Assembly: GCA_008632985.1 (NCBI GenBank)
Contig: QPGO01000041.1
Coordinates: forward strand, 62,001 to 126,000
Source: Psammoneis japonica
Taxonomy: Eukaryota
Reading direction: 5' to 3'
DNA length: 64,000 bases
The translations under genes and the position numbers were made by a program. This document shows, one piece after another, positions 23,922-35,900 of this stretch. How positions within the stretch are numbered: the first letter of the stretch is position 1; each line of letters opens with the position of its first letter. The notes beneath the pieces are model-generated. The model was given only the letters and a program-made list of their open reading frames with translations. It was not told the DNA's origin and did no database searches.

Positions 23922-25709
23922 ATGAGGGTTCTTCCTATGGTTGTTGCCTTGCTATCCATGTTGCCGTCCGCATTCGGAAAAGGATTCAAGGCCAAGGATT
24001 GCTACGGAGACTACGGAGAGAAGTGTGACCTTGACGAAACAGATCTCGGAGACTTTCTAAATGAAGATGCAATCGACGTGGAATTGTTAGGCTTGAAGAA
24101 GCACTTTCGGCAAGTTAGAACAGAAAGACGCGATCAAGGAAAACCGAGCCGTAACGGAAGAAGAAAACGAAGTTGGCACGGCATTGACGGAGACGCCTCT
24201 ATTACTCTTGTCGAAGAAATCGGTCCCGATAATCAGAGGCAGGTTTTTGGCACAGTTCAGGATGAAAAGTTTGTTCATCACATCGGGCAAGATGGTCAAG
24301 GTAAGCCACGAGTAGTCTCAAAGCCTTTCTCAGCATTCCCAAGGGAGGCAGAAGCAAGGCCTATTGGCACTGTAAAGACGCCGAAACGTGTCAGGACCCG
24401 TGCTGTGCCTGGAGGTCGAAAACTGAGTGGCGAGAAAACCGAAATTGATGTCATGGTCGTCTGGACAACATGGGCTGAATGCAAGAATTCCGAAATGGAG
24501 CAGGGCTGTACACCGACAGCCCAAACCGAGACAAGCATGAGGGGCCTTATCGACGTTGCAGTTGACGAAACCAACGAAGCCTACGTACTGTCAGGAATAG
24601 ATGCCCGGTTGCGCCTCGTTCATTCGTATCGCCAAGAAAATTTCGTAGAGGAAGGTTTTGGGCATGCACTTGATACCATCTCCTTTGCAGAAGGTGCCAT
24701 GAGCGACGTTCACCAACAAAGGGAGAGTTGCGGAGCAGATGTTGTCGTGTTCCTGATCCATGACGAACTTTATTGTGGAATGGGATGGCTAGGCCCGGAC
24801 AAGGATTAGTAAGTTTGAAACAAAAGATTGTGCTTGTGTGTCCTCAAAATTTTGTGAGAGTTTCCGCTCAACGAACTTCATTGTCGGAATCGTGACTTTC
24901 TTGAATGTCTTGAAGCATGTACTCGGCCGTAGCATGGAATTGCGCAACAGGTTACTACAGTTTCGGACACGAGATAGCCCACAACATGTAAGTTGCAGAT
25001 GATGTGATTTGTATATCGATCGCTGTCCAGAGAGAGCAGGAACTCACGAATGCGCTGCTGACTTTTTGGGGCTCAGGGGTGCCAACCACGACCGTGGAAC
25101 GTCAGACATGTGTAATGAAAGCGGTGGTAACTTTGGCTTTCGGGATAAACAGTCTAGATTCCGCACCATCATGTCATATGATTGTAACACCGACCAGTGC
25201 GATAGTCTTGGTGGTACCAGAGGCTGCCAAAGGATCAAACGTTTCTCCACTACTGTGGTAGGTCAAGAGAAACTCGGTCTCACTTTTCTGAATCTGCGTC
25301 ACTTTACTAATGCTACTCTCTTTCGCTTTCTTCTAATAATGCTCTTTTATAGTACACTTACAATGGCGAGAGTATCGGAGACGCAAAGAACGATAACGCC
25401 TCACACATTAACAGCGTCGTAGAGGAAATAGCCGCATACTATCCAACAAGAGTCTTCGACCAGGAAAACATACCCGAGCCTACAGGTCCAACTGTTGTAA
25501 ATATGCCTTCCTCAGTCAATTGCCAGGATAGCACCGAGTGGAAATGTTTTAGAAGGCGAAGAAATGATTTTAAAGGATGTGATTGGGTTTCAAGAGCCAA
25601 GAATGACAAAGCGAGAAAGAGGCGATGCAAAAAGAAATCAAGTGCGAAACAACCTGCCAGTGAAGCATGTATTGCAAGCTGCCATGATGAATGTGTCTCG
25701 AAGTCTTAG
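23922..25709 (+). CDS. Secreted zinc metalloprotease, M12B/reprolysin-like (peptidyl-Asp metallopeptidase type)
   Basis: Signal peptide; spliced HEIAHNM-GANHD (HEXXHXXGXXH); RTIMSY Met-turn; Cys-rich C-terminus; three introns. Confidence 0.88.
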
Positions 25710-26019
25710 ACAAGTTAATTAGAATTTTTTAGCAATGAAGTCATGTCAGTTTCTTGTTCCTGGTGCTGCAATGAATTCTACAAGCTCTCTTTCTTTTTGC
25801 ACTGTGAATTTTAAAAACCAAGTTTCTTGTGATGTGTGCCAAGAGCTGCCGGTGCTGTGAATGATGGAAGCCATGTGATTCCCCCACAAACTGAATGTCC
25901 AACACCACTTGAAGAGACAAGTGGATGCATCATGTGATGCCAAGGATGATCACAAACAAGGTTGCTTCTTGTTGACTCTTTGCAACTTTTGCCAAGCTTT
26001 TGTGCATGTGACGCATGTG

Positions 26020-27020
26020 TCAATTGGGTCATTTTGTGAGTTGCTCCAATCAAACAACGCCGTTGTTGGAATCATGGCTTCCTTGAACATCTTGAGCATG
26101 CACTCTGCTGCAGCATGGAATTGTGCAACCAGTTGCAGACACAAGACAGCCCCAACATGCAAGTTGCAGATGGCGCAACTTGCAGCTCAACCACCATCCA
26201 GAGAGAGCAGGAGCTCACAATTGTGCTGCCACTGGCTTCTGTTGTTAGAGCTCAGGGGTGCAACCCCCCCCACACACACACACACATGGCTGCTGGAATG
26301 TCAGACATGTGTGGTGAGAGCAGCGGCAACTTTGGCTTTTGGGATGAACAGTCTAGATTCTGCACTGTCATGTCACATTGTTGCAAAGCTGATCAGTTTG
26401 AGTGGCACCAAAGGCTGCCAACAGATCGAACACTTTTCCAATGCTGTGGCAGGTTGAGAAAAGCTCCATTTTGCTTTTCTGAATCTGCGACCTTTTGCCA
26501 GCACAGCTCTCTTTTGTTTTCTTCCTTGTTCCAGCACACTCACAAGCAAGAGTGTCGGAGACTCAAAAAAGAATGATGCCCCACATGTTGACAGCATTGC
26601 AGAAGAAATGGTCACATGCCATCCAAAACAAGGCATTGAGCCAGGAAAATGCACCCAAGCCAACAGCTCTGGCTGTTGCAAATGTGCCTTCCTCAGTCAA
26701 GTGCAAGGACAGCATCAAGCGGAAATGTTTTAGAAGGCAAAAAAATGATTTGAAGGATGTGATTGGGTTTCAAGAGCCAAGAACAACAAAGCAAGAAAGA
26801 GGCAATGCAACAAAATGTCAAGTGCAAAACACCCTGCCAGTGAAGCATGCATTGCAAGCTGCTGTGATCAATGGCCAACTGGAAAAGCCCGCCAGCAATG
26901 AGGCAATGACAATTTCTTGTTCCTGATGCTGCAACAAATTCCACAAAAGCTTTTTCTTTTTGCGCTGTGAATTTCACAAACCAAGTTTCTTGTGATGTGT
27001 GCCAAGGGCTGCCAGTGAGC
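26020..27020 (+). pseudogene. Decayed tandem duplicate of the 3' half (with introns and 3' flank) of the upstream metalloprotease gene
   Basis: Colinear with about 24850-25860, e.g. catgtactcggccgtagcatgg vs catgcactctgctgcagcatgg. Confidence 0.9.
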
Positions 27021-28582
27021 TGTGCAGTCATGCAGGCATGCATGTGCTCAACATTTTTTGGTCATTGCCCATGATGACCACCATGCCACATGACGAGATG
27101 CTCCATTGAATGAGAGCGGTGGTGCTTCCAAATGAGACTGCCTTGCCAAAATTGTGGTGCCTTCAGACAATCCTCTGTTAAATTGCCGTTGGACATGTTT
27201 GTTTCAAGGGTGGTGAACCACATGCTTCTCACTCACCATCATCTGACCATCTCCTTGTTCATGCCACCTCCCACCACATTGATTGCATCCACACCTGACA
27301 CAGCATCAATGTTCAAATGATGCTTCCCAAAGGTGCAAATTTTACATCCAACATGTCCTCACTCTCCAGGTGGCTCAACAAAACCAAGGGCATGCCACAT
27401 CTCAGCATCAAAGATCTCTAAAAAATGTTCTTGTTGTTCCTGCTGGGCTTTGAGTCAGAGCAACATTTGAACAACTCACAAACTTGTTCTGTGCACAAGC
27501 AAAAATGTCCAGCTGAGAAATGCACAACAGCATTGTGGCATGTTCTGCATCATTTTGTGGGTGTGAATTTCAAACAATCACCTTTTTCAACAGACAAACA
27601 CACTCTTCTTTAACCTCTTCTGAAAGTCTGCATCAATTTGATTGAGCTCAGCACCCAAGCAATGTGTTTGCTGCTCTTTGGTCTTTCAACCACACAGAAG
27701 AGTGGGCACATGCTCACATCACTTGCTTGCCATGTTGCACAAAAGGCACCTCTTAGCACACATGTCTCTGGTGGTGTCTTGAGAGCATGTGTCAGAACAC
27801 TCGAATTTTGTCCTGTGTGGTGGTGCACGGCAAACAGGCTTGAGATTGTGGTGTCAGAGGCGAGCAGCATGATGCAGAACAATGGCGTGCTGTGGTTGTT
27901 CATGAAAATGGTTGTGAAACTTGCCATGAGCTGATCTCACCCTGACAAGGCCAACAATCTTCATGAACAAAGTGTTTCTGAGAATCTTTTTCTGCCAGAA
28001 AATCAAACACAAAGCTTGCGCTTTTCTGCCCAAACATTGTGGTCTCACTTTTCTAGAGTCATTGGAACTCAGGCAATTGTTGGTGTTGGCAACAAAGCAA
28101 AAGCCAAAGCAACATCTTGTTCTCTTGTGCACTGAGCGAGGGAGTCTCTCTTTCTCACCACACACCCTCCACAATGAAGTGCCATGCTGTCTGCCACACA
28201 AAAGTCTGTGTTGTTGCTCTCCAACAAATTTGCAAACTTCTGTTTTTTCCATGTCATCATGGAGATTGTGCAGCAACAGGAATGGGATGTTCTCCCCCAG
28301 AGACATCTTGAGAAATTCTTGGGCTCTTTGTCCAGGCGGGGCAGCACGTTGCTGGGCCTGGCCAATTCTTCCAATTCGAGTGGTTGAAGTGTTCATCTAT
28401 GAGGCCAGAGCAAAACTGAGCGACCGTCTGGCATGCGCCATGCGCCATGCGGCTGCGATCTTTTTTCGCGATTTGGGTGCGGATTTTCCCGGCACAGGCA
28501 GCGCATGCAACAAGGCAACAGGCAACAATAAAAGCGAAAGCATCAGAGCCATCGTGCAGTCGAGAGTAGACCGGATCATCTG

Positions 28583-29131
28583 ATGATGATGTGCTGTCAG
28601 AAAGAATCGGGTGTTACTGCTGTGGCTACGGTTGACATAAAGGCACCTGCAGAGCTAGTTTGGGATGTCATTGCAGATTTAGATGCGGCTCCATCCGTTC
28701 TTTCTTCCGTGCTGTCGCTCAAGCGTGACGTTGATTCACCGACTTTGGATGTCGGTACACGGTGGGCCGAAACCCGCCAATACAAGGACGACAAACTGAC
28801 GCTTCATAAAACAATAACCAAAATCCATTTGGCTGATGCAATGGATAATTCTTACATGATCAAGATTCATGTGAGTTTCAGTGGTTATGAAAAGTACGAG
28901 CGAATCATCAACACAAGTACTTTGACAATCACACCGTTGCCAAACAGCGATAAGGAATCTCCGTCGTGTCGTCTGATTGGGACTTTTGCGGTGGTTTCGG
29001 AAAGTTATTTCAGCTGGATAGTGGAATTCTTTGCTGTGATTTCTGGACAGCTCAAGTCTGCGAGAAAAGATTTCCAGTTGGAGATGGAGGAGTATGCGAT
29101 GGCAGCTATGAAGCGACAAGGGGGAGAATAA
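28583..29131 (+). CDS. SRPBCC / polyketide cyclase-dehydrase (START-like) protein
   Basis: IKAPAELVWDVIADLD...VGTRWAETR pattern. Confidence 0.8.
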   Translation: MMMCCQKESGVTAVATVDIKAPAELVWDVIADLDAAPSVLSSVLSLKRDVDSPTLDVGTRWAETRQYKDDKLTLHKTITKIHLADAMDNSYMIKIHVSFSGYEKYERIINTSTLTITPLPNSDKESPSCRLIGTFAVVSESYFSWIVEFFAVISGQLKSARKDFQLEMEEYAMAAMKRQGGE

Positions 29132-29962
29132 CGGTTTCAGAAACAAAAGTCTGATGCAAGGAGATCGCTGAGGGATTGACTTTTATTGTTTGCTGTGGCT
29201 CAATAATTCTGCAACCGGGACCTCTTGTTGCTAGCTCTGTTTCTTCTCATCTGACAACATGAAGCAAAACAGTTGGGCACCAGCCAGTCTGGATTGCGAC
29301 TTGGTCCTTCCAAAGTCACTTCTTTCTACAGTTACTGAGTTTTTAGTAAGGTTGTGGATAGCCGAGGTGGTACGGTAAGACTGCAGCGCAGTGGGATTGC
29401 CAGTAACCTGAAAGGCTTCGACAACGATAATTACTGTATCTCATGAATCTTTGTTACACCTATGGTTTTTTACTCCCTGATTATCTGTGTGAATGACAGA
29501 GTCAAATAGCACGGTAGAGGAAAGAATGAATAACAGAAAGAATCTAATGCCAAGTTGCTTTGCCCACATGAGATCGTTGCTCAAACTGCTGCTCGTACCG
29601 GTGAAGTGGAAATCACGGTGGGGGCGGCAGAGTCGTGTTGTGGGACTCAAAACACGACCTTCAAAGCATGCGTCAGCCGTTGAACAACAAACGCAACGCG
29701 ACCAACGACCAACGCGACGGGATCGATCAGCGATCAGTGCCGATGTTCGGATGTTCGTTGTTGCCATCGATTGTCGGATATCGCAGTCACCACAACATCC
29801 GTCAGATAATCGTGATCCTCTCCTTGATTGGAGACAGATATTAGCTTGAGGGTACGATAGTCTAGAGCGGGTGTCAAGTGTCAACAACCGTACAACAGCC
29901 TGAATTAGCTCCCGAGCAACAGAACCAGCTGCGTACTCTCGTACAGTTAGCGTCTTTCACCC

Positions 29963-30481
29963 ATGGCCCTCTCCAGTGCTTCTAGCATTACCATTGAAGC
30001 TCCATGCGAAACAGTGTGGGGAGTGATTTCAGACTTGGACTCTCTACCGTCCATCCTTACTGCGGTTGTTTCAGTGGAACGAACAGAAGGTCCAGATTTC
30101 GGAATTGGGACTCGATGGCGCGAAGTGCGGAGTTACAAAAAAGGAGAAGAGATTTCGTTTTCAAGAGTGATTACTGACATGAGCGAGAAAGATGACGAAC
30201 CTCATTACAGGGTTCAAATGGGCGTCATTCAGAAAAAGACAACGTACACAAACACCCTCATGTTGGAGCCGCTGGACGACGGCAAATCATGCCAATTGAT
30301 ATGCACCTTTGCATTTGCATCGGAGAGTTGCTTTAGTAAGCTCTTCTACGCATGGTGTGGGCGCTTTCTTTTTCAAAAACAAATACAAAGTGGCATGGAA
30401 ACAGACTTGGAGGAGTTTGCGAAAGCTTCTTTGAAGCGTCAGAAAGAAAGGGAGACCCACGAGGAGACCAACTTGGAGTAA
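29963..30481 (+). CDS. SRPBCC family protein, paralog 2
   Basis: IEAPCETVWGVISDLD...IGTRWREVR. Confidence 0.8.
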   Translation: MALSSASSITIEAPCETVWGVISDLDSLPSILTAVVSVERTEGPDFGIGTRWREVRSYKKGEEISFSRVITDMSEKDDEPHYRVQMGVIQKKTTYTNTLMLEPLDDGKSCQLICTFAFASESCFSKLFYAWCGRFLFQKQIQSGMETDLEEFAKASLKRQKERETHEETNLE

Positions 30482-31559
30482 TTTGGCTGGGCTTACCCGA
30501 CGTAAAAAGAATTCATTCGCCCCCCGATACCTCAAATCCACTTGCTTTCGTGGACAATATTGAGAAACAGTAAGGTCTGGAAAAGAGCATTTGAATCGGA
30601 CTCCTTTTCCAGGTTTGCGCCCTTTACACTGAACGCACAGAAAACTGAAGGCAGTTATTCACTCTTACTGTTCTTGAGTTTTCCACTAAAAAAAAGTGAA
30701 AAAAAGTGCGTACTCTGTACGTGTACTCTGGGTCGAGACTTACCCTTCTAAGTACTTTAGAAGTAAGTCTGGTGACTAGCTAAACAGCATCCCTGAGCCC
30801 GGCGCAAATAAAACAGTTACCGATAGTTCACTGTAGCAAATTTCATCTGGCCTAATTTCACAGTTGCCACAATTCTCTGTAGAATAATCGGCAATAGACT
30901 TCATGAATCTCATTCACACGGGCGTTTTTGAAAACCACCTGATCCAGTGTACGGCCATTCCACTGGCCAATTTCGATTTCTACTCGTAGGGCTACTGGCA
31001 TGCCGGAACATCGTTGTGCAGTAGTCCTAGACTCGCGTGACGCACTCGCCTCGGCTGCCTGATGTAGACCTTACTGGTACTGGATGTCCCCCGTCTAGGA
31101 AGGTGTATCAGGCAAAACAACAAGTAGAGATGTTATACTAACTCGTAGTAAACTGCCATTTAGCCAAGTGCCCTTCACACAATTGCACTGACTAAAATTG
31201 ATAGCTGTCTCAGGCAAATCTGGCGAATGCCACGAAAAGGCCTCTTTTCTCGTGCACCTCCACTAGAAACCAGTGCATTCACGGATACCATAACCAACTC
31301 CACAACAAGCAACCCCATACTTCTGAAGCAGAATAGTATTGTTTCCAACATATAGGTTCATAACTGCTTTCACAGCTCAATAACGAGATCAACGCGGCGC
31401 GAAAATATTGTCGATTCGAAATACGATGGATGGATGGACAGACACAACAGACAGGGTTGCTGGACAGACGACACAAGACGCCTTTGCGCGCGCGCGCGCC
31501 TCGCTCGCCTCTCATCGGTAGTTTGTAGTTTCAATTTTCAATAAGTTCGAAGTTCGACC

Positions 31560-32080
31560 ATGGCGGCTTCTTGCTGTTTATCGTGTTCTGGAATCACAGC
31601 TGTGGAAGCCTTGTCATAAATGCCTCATGTGAAGCCGTGTGGGAAGTGGTCTGTGACTTGGACGCTACTCCGTCATATCTATCATCCGTGAATCTGTTGA
31701 GCGAAAAGACGGTCCAGAGTTTGGCGTTGGTACAAAGTGGCGAGAAAAGCGTGTGGAATCGGATGGCCATACCTATTTGGTTAGTAAAAAATCATAAGCA
31801 TATCAAATACTGAACCTTATTCTGTACAGATTGTGGTTACGTTTAAGAAATGGGATTCATCCTGCGAGGTGCGGTCAACACGGCAACGTTGGAACTCAGC
31901 ACGCTTTCTAGTCAGAAAAAGTGTAACTTGGCTTGTACGTTTGCGTTTTCGCCCTCCAATTGGCTTACAAGAATCTATTGGACTTGCCTTGCAAATTGTT
32001 GCTTTCTCAGGACGGCACAACGAGGCGTCGAATCTACTTTGCAAGACATCAATGATGAAGTGCTGAGACGCGCGCAATAG
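31560..32080 (+). pseudogene. SRPBCC paralog 3 with apparent frameshifts
   Basis: INASCEAVWEVVCDLD...GTKWRE, NTATLE, CTFAF spread over different frames. Confidence 0.6.
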
Positions 32081-32101
32081 CAAACGCGAACTCAGTGAGC
32101 G

Positions 32102-32947
32102 ATGAGTCGTGCTTTGCATCATGCAGAATCTTTCGCGAAAGCAGTCATACTTTTTCAAAATGTCGACAGCACCACTCGTGTGTTTCAAGTTCCTCTCGAA
32201 TGGGACAAGAGTGCTTTTCTTGCTGTTGTGATTGAGAATGTTTTCACGGATCAAGAATGCAAGGATCTCATTGCTCGGTCCGAAACGCAGGGCTACGAGA
32301 GAGCACTCGTGAACATCGGTCCTGGGCAGCAGCAGCGCATGGACAGTGTGCGCAACAATGATCGTTGTATTATTGATGATCATGCCGTTGCGGCCGAATT
32401 ATGGAAGCGCGTTCTAAAAGCCGTTCATGAGGTTAACTCTGGCGCCTTTGAATCCATGCGTCTGTACAAGTTGTTGGAATCGAAGAGGAGCACGACTTGG
32501 CATGCTGTGGGACTCAACGAACGCCTTCGGATTCTCCGATATGATCCGGGCACATTCTTTGCGTCACACTTTGATGGTCGCTACGTCCGTGGCAATGAAG
32601 CCGGTGTGGATCGTTGTGGCGAAACATCCTTTGTCACGTGTCAGCTGTACTTGAATGACGGGTTTGAAGGAGGCGAAACGCAGTTTCAGAACCCATACTG
32701 CCGCAACTTGTCCGAGTCTGACGTGTGCAATGTTGTGCCAAAGACAGGATCAGTCCTCCTGTTTCAGCACAACTTGCTTCATGAAGGTGTTCCCATCGTT
32801 TCGGGACGCAAATACGTGGTTCGCACCGACGTCATGTATTCCGACAAAGGCCCAGGTAACGAATACAGCGTCAAGCCCATTGTAGCACCTCTGTCCACGA
32901 CCAAACCAAAGTCAGCGGAGAATCTACAGGATATGGATATGACGTAG
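32102..32947 (+). CDS. 2OG-Fe(II) oxygenase (prolyl 4-hydroxylase alpha-like domain)
   Basis: GLNERLRILRY, HFD, LYLND-GGET, HEG, KYVVRTDVMY. Confidence 0.9.
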   Translation: MSRALHHAESFAKAVILFQNVDSTTRVFQVPLEWDKSAFLAVVIENVFTDQECKDLIARSETQGYERALVNIGPGQQQRMDSVRNNDRCIIDDHAVAAELWKRVLKAVHEVNSGAFESMRLYKLLESKRSTTWHAVGLNERLRILRYDPGTFFASHFDGRYVRGNEAGVDRCGETSFVTCQLYLNDGFEGGETQFQNPYCRNLSESDVCNVVPKTGSVLLFQHNLLHEGVPIVSGRKYVVRTDVMYSDKGPGNEYSVKPIVAPLSTTKPKSAENLQDMDMT

Positions 32948-33050
32948 CTTAAGAGTATAAATGCGTGCTATTTATCATGTTGTTAATCTATACAAGTGTA
33001 TTCACTGATACCGGTAGTATAATACATGAACAGAAAGTAGAGATCAACAA

Positions 33051-35282
33051 TCAAGCAGCATTTTCTCCACGGAGATCTTCTGTATTTAACGAAGAAGCAG
33101 CGTCTGTATAAACTGCCTCGCTGCCGCTTGACTCCATTGGTGAGGGCGGGTCATTATTGTCTGTGTAGTGGTATTCTTGGGTGGTTTCTTCTGTTATCCT
33201 TCGAGAGCATCGGACCGTATCTCTTGCAGTCGAGGACGTGTCATGTTCATCGTGTTCGGTATGCCACCGTGAGGAAAACGCCTTCATTAAATCAACCTCA
33301 TCCTCCAGCTCGCGCTCCATTCTCATACCCCATTGATCTTGACGATACACCGGCTGGTACTCTGGTTTGTGTCGTTTGAGCCATGACGGTCGCAGACATG
33401 TGACAAGGAGACCGAGAAAGGCAAATCCAAAGGTAACAACCCATATACCCATGAGTTGTTCAATAGAAAGAGCACTGCCTTCACCTCCTTCGGGTGCTGG
33501 ACATCGACTGTCGGGTCTGGATGTGATGAGCTCCTTGTCGTAAACTCCATCATTTTTCAGCTTTAAGAAGAATGCAATCACTTCTCGAGATATTGTTTCC
33601 GTGACGGGAACTCCGGACTGCACAAACCGAATCGGCTGACCGACTATTGTTTTGTTGCAATGAATGCCAGTGGCCTGAAAAACATCCAAGTCCTGGACTG
33701 GCGCAATTGCGGCATGACAATAGTTTGGGTCGTTTGCAGCCTTTTTTGCATCTAAAAAGTCAAAGACCCGAGCGCGGCTTTTGCACTTGCCACAATTGAA
33801 TCCGGCAGCTCCGTCTCCTCCAATCTCGACAGGGTCCACAGCAAACACGGAATCATCAATCCCGTATATGCTTTTCAAGTCTTCAATATTCTTCCTCTCG
33901 CCACAAATGCGATAGCCCAGTGTTAGAGCATCGTCCAAACTTTCCACATTGGTCACCAGCCCTTGTTGAGTCAAAATGGCTGCAAGGTTTGCCGTGTAAA
34001 CCGCAATGATCGTCAGAATGAAAAAGGAAATACCCAAATGGTGAATTTTAGCGCCGTAGGTAATGGCTGGAGCCTCATATGTCTGATGCATTGTCGACAA
34101 CAATGTAATGTATATGCTCTTGATGACATGTTGATACAATGGAATCTTTTGCAATGTCGGTTGCTGATCTCGTCGAATGGCACTTCTGACACTACTGCCC
34201 CCATTCTCTCCTACAACTTGTGGTGGCTTATAAGGTACAACCGGCTGAGTCTTTTGAAAAATGGTTCCACGATGATTGTACTCGTGTACAAGCATGAGCA
34301 AACCCAAAACTGGAATGACAGCCAAAATGATAAATAGCCACGCCGAAAGCGTAAAGGGCTGAAAGATAGTTGCAACATTGCTCACAGTCTCGGACCAAAC
34401 CGATCCTCCAAGATCTGTCTGCACAACCAGATAGAGTGCCTCTGTACCCAACAAGAGCCAGTCGGTGGATGCCGCTCGTTCTTCCGTCACTGTGTAGTCC
34501 GCGACGCACATGTCCAAGAATCCGAGTGCTGTCGCGTACACGCAATAATCAAACATGCTGGAACTGAAAAACTCCACGGATTTGTTTCGCAAAATGTCTC
34601 TTGGTTCGGTCAGCTCCACCTTGAACCCCCCTTGCAGCGCACCCTCCGACACAAAGTTGACGGCCGGCCCACTCCATTTAGACGGCGGACCCAGAAAGTG
34701 CTTTCCGTCTCGAGCATACGCCCCCGTCCAACCACCACTGTTGCTGTTGAAACCAACCTTTAAGGTCCGCCCATTGAGCGATCCAAGAAGCGTTTGTTGT
34801 GAAAAGGAATCCATATCATAACACGTGGCATACGAATAGTACCTTCCCGATCGAGGAAAAAAGGTCGATCTTCGATTCAGCAGACTGCAATTGAGCGGAT
34901 CGACCCAACAGAACGAACGCTTACACCAGGATTGATCACAGGAACCCACCGGAGAGGGAATGGTAAAGGGTTCGACGCATTCGCCCGTGGTGCATTGCGC
35001 TGTAAACTCATCGTGTCGACCACACCCAATCCCATAGGTACCGTTGGGACTTGCATTCTCTATACCAATTTGTTCCAAAACTTCAGCAGTAATGTCTTGT
35101 TCATCAATCGGCTGTAAACCGTCTTGGAGACCCATCAAACACGGACAGGCCTCGTCACCTGTCAAGGGAGGTTCTTGGGCAACCACCACGACAAGTAGTA
35201 TGAGCAGTCGTGTCAACAACAAGACGAAGAAAACGGTATGTTGTTGTTGTGCTCTGTGAGAGTGCTGTATGATTTTAGTCAT
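33051..35282 (-). CDS. Ionotropic glutamate receptor-like ligand-gated channel
   Basis: Signal peptide, Cys-rich N-domain, TVTEERA, FQPFT-W M1, VYTANLAAILT gating motif, M4 helix. Confidence 0.85.
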   Translation of the reverse strand: MTKIIQHSHRAQQQHTVFFVLLLTRLLILLVVVVAQEPPLTGDEACPCLMGLQDGLQPIDEQDITAEVLEQIGIENASPNGTYGIGCGRHDEFTAQCTTGECVEPFTIPSPVGSCDQSWCKRSFCWVDPLNCSLLNRRSTFFPRSGRYYSYATCYDMDSFSQQTLLGSLNGRTLKVGFNSNSGGWTGAYARDGKHFLGPPSKWSGPAVNFVSEGALQGGFKVELTEPRDILRNKSVEFFSSSMFDYCVYATALGFLDMCVADYTVTEERAASTDWLLLGTEALYLVVQTDLGGSVWSETVSNVATIFQPFTLSAWLFIILAVIPVLGLLMLVHEYNHRGTIFQKTQPVVPYKPPQVVGENGGSSVRSAIRRDQQPTLQKIPLYQHVIKSIYITLLSTMHQTYEAPAITYGAKIHHLGISFFILTIIAVYTANLAAILTQQGLVTNVESLDDALTLGYRICGERKNIEDLKSIYGIDDSVFAVDPVEIGGDGAAGFNCGKCKSRARVFDFLDAKKAANDPNYCHAAIAPVQDLDVFQATGIHCNKTIVGQPIRFVQSGVPVTETISREVIAFFLKLKNDGVYDKELITSRPDSRCPAPEGGEGSALSIEQLMGIWVVTFGFAFLGLLVTCLRPSWLKRHKPEYQPVYRQDQWGMRMERELEDEVDLMKAFSSRWHTEHDEHDTSSTARDTVRCSRRITEETTQEYHYTDNNDPPSPMESSGSEAVYTDAASSLNTEDLRGENAA

Positions 35283-35900
35283 TTTGTTCGTGTACAACTC
35301 TATAGGTATCTCCTTAGCAATAGTGGCCTTGTAGTGGCAGAAGCGACATTCAACAAGTGTTGCAAGTGAAACGAACAACGTGGACAAGAGGCGGTCGACA
35401 GTTCTGGTTCGCTGGTATGAGCTTGCTGCTTGCCAAAGAGAGTGACCTACTGGCAGAGCACGCGGCGCGCATCGCAAGGGGAGATGATCGAACATGATTA
35501 TTTGGCGAGTTCATTCACGAATGATTTTTATCAAAGATGCACTGCTGTATATAGTCATTACATAGACTAATACTTAGAGGGACAATCAAAGACTTACCTA
35601 AATGAAAAAAATCGTTATTTTGATCTCATTCTGTACACATATTCCAATGTCTTTTCTACTGAGAAACATATGACTCTTACAAGAGACATTCCCGCTGGAC
35701 ATTCTAGTCGTGAAATTTTCAATTTTCAAAAACTCGATCGCTGTCATCTTACTCTCTAGACCGTAAAGGTAAAGGTCTCTGTAATGTACATATTGGTAGC
35801 TACGTAAGAGAGCCGAACAATGAAAAGAGAAGACAGAACTGGAGCAACATGATCCAGAAGAACAAGGCTGGGTATTATTCTCTACTAGCTATCATCCATG

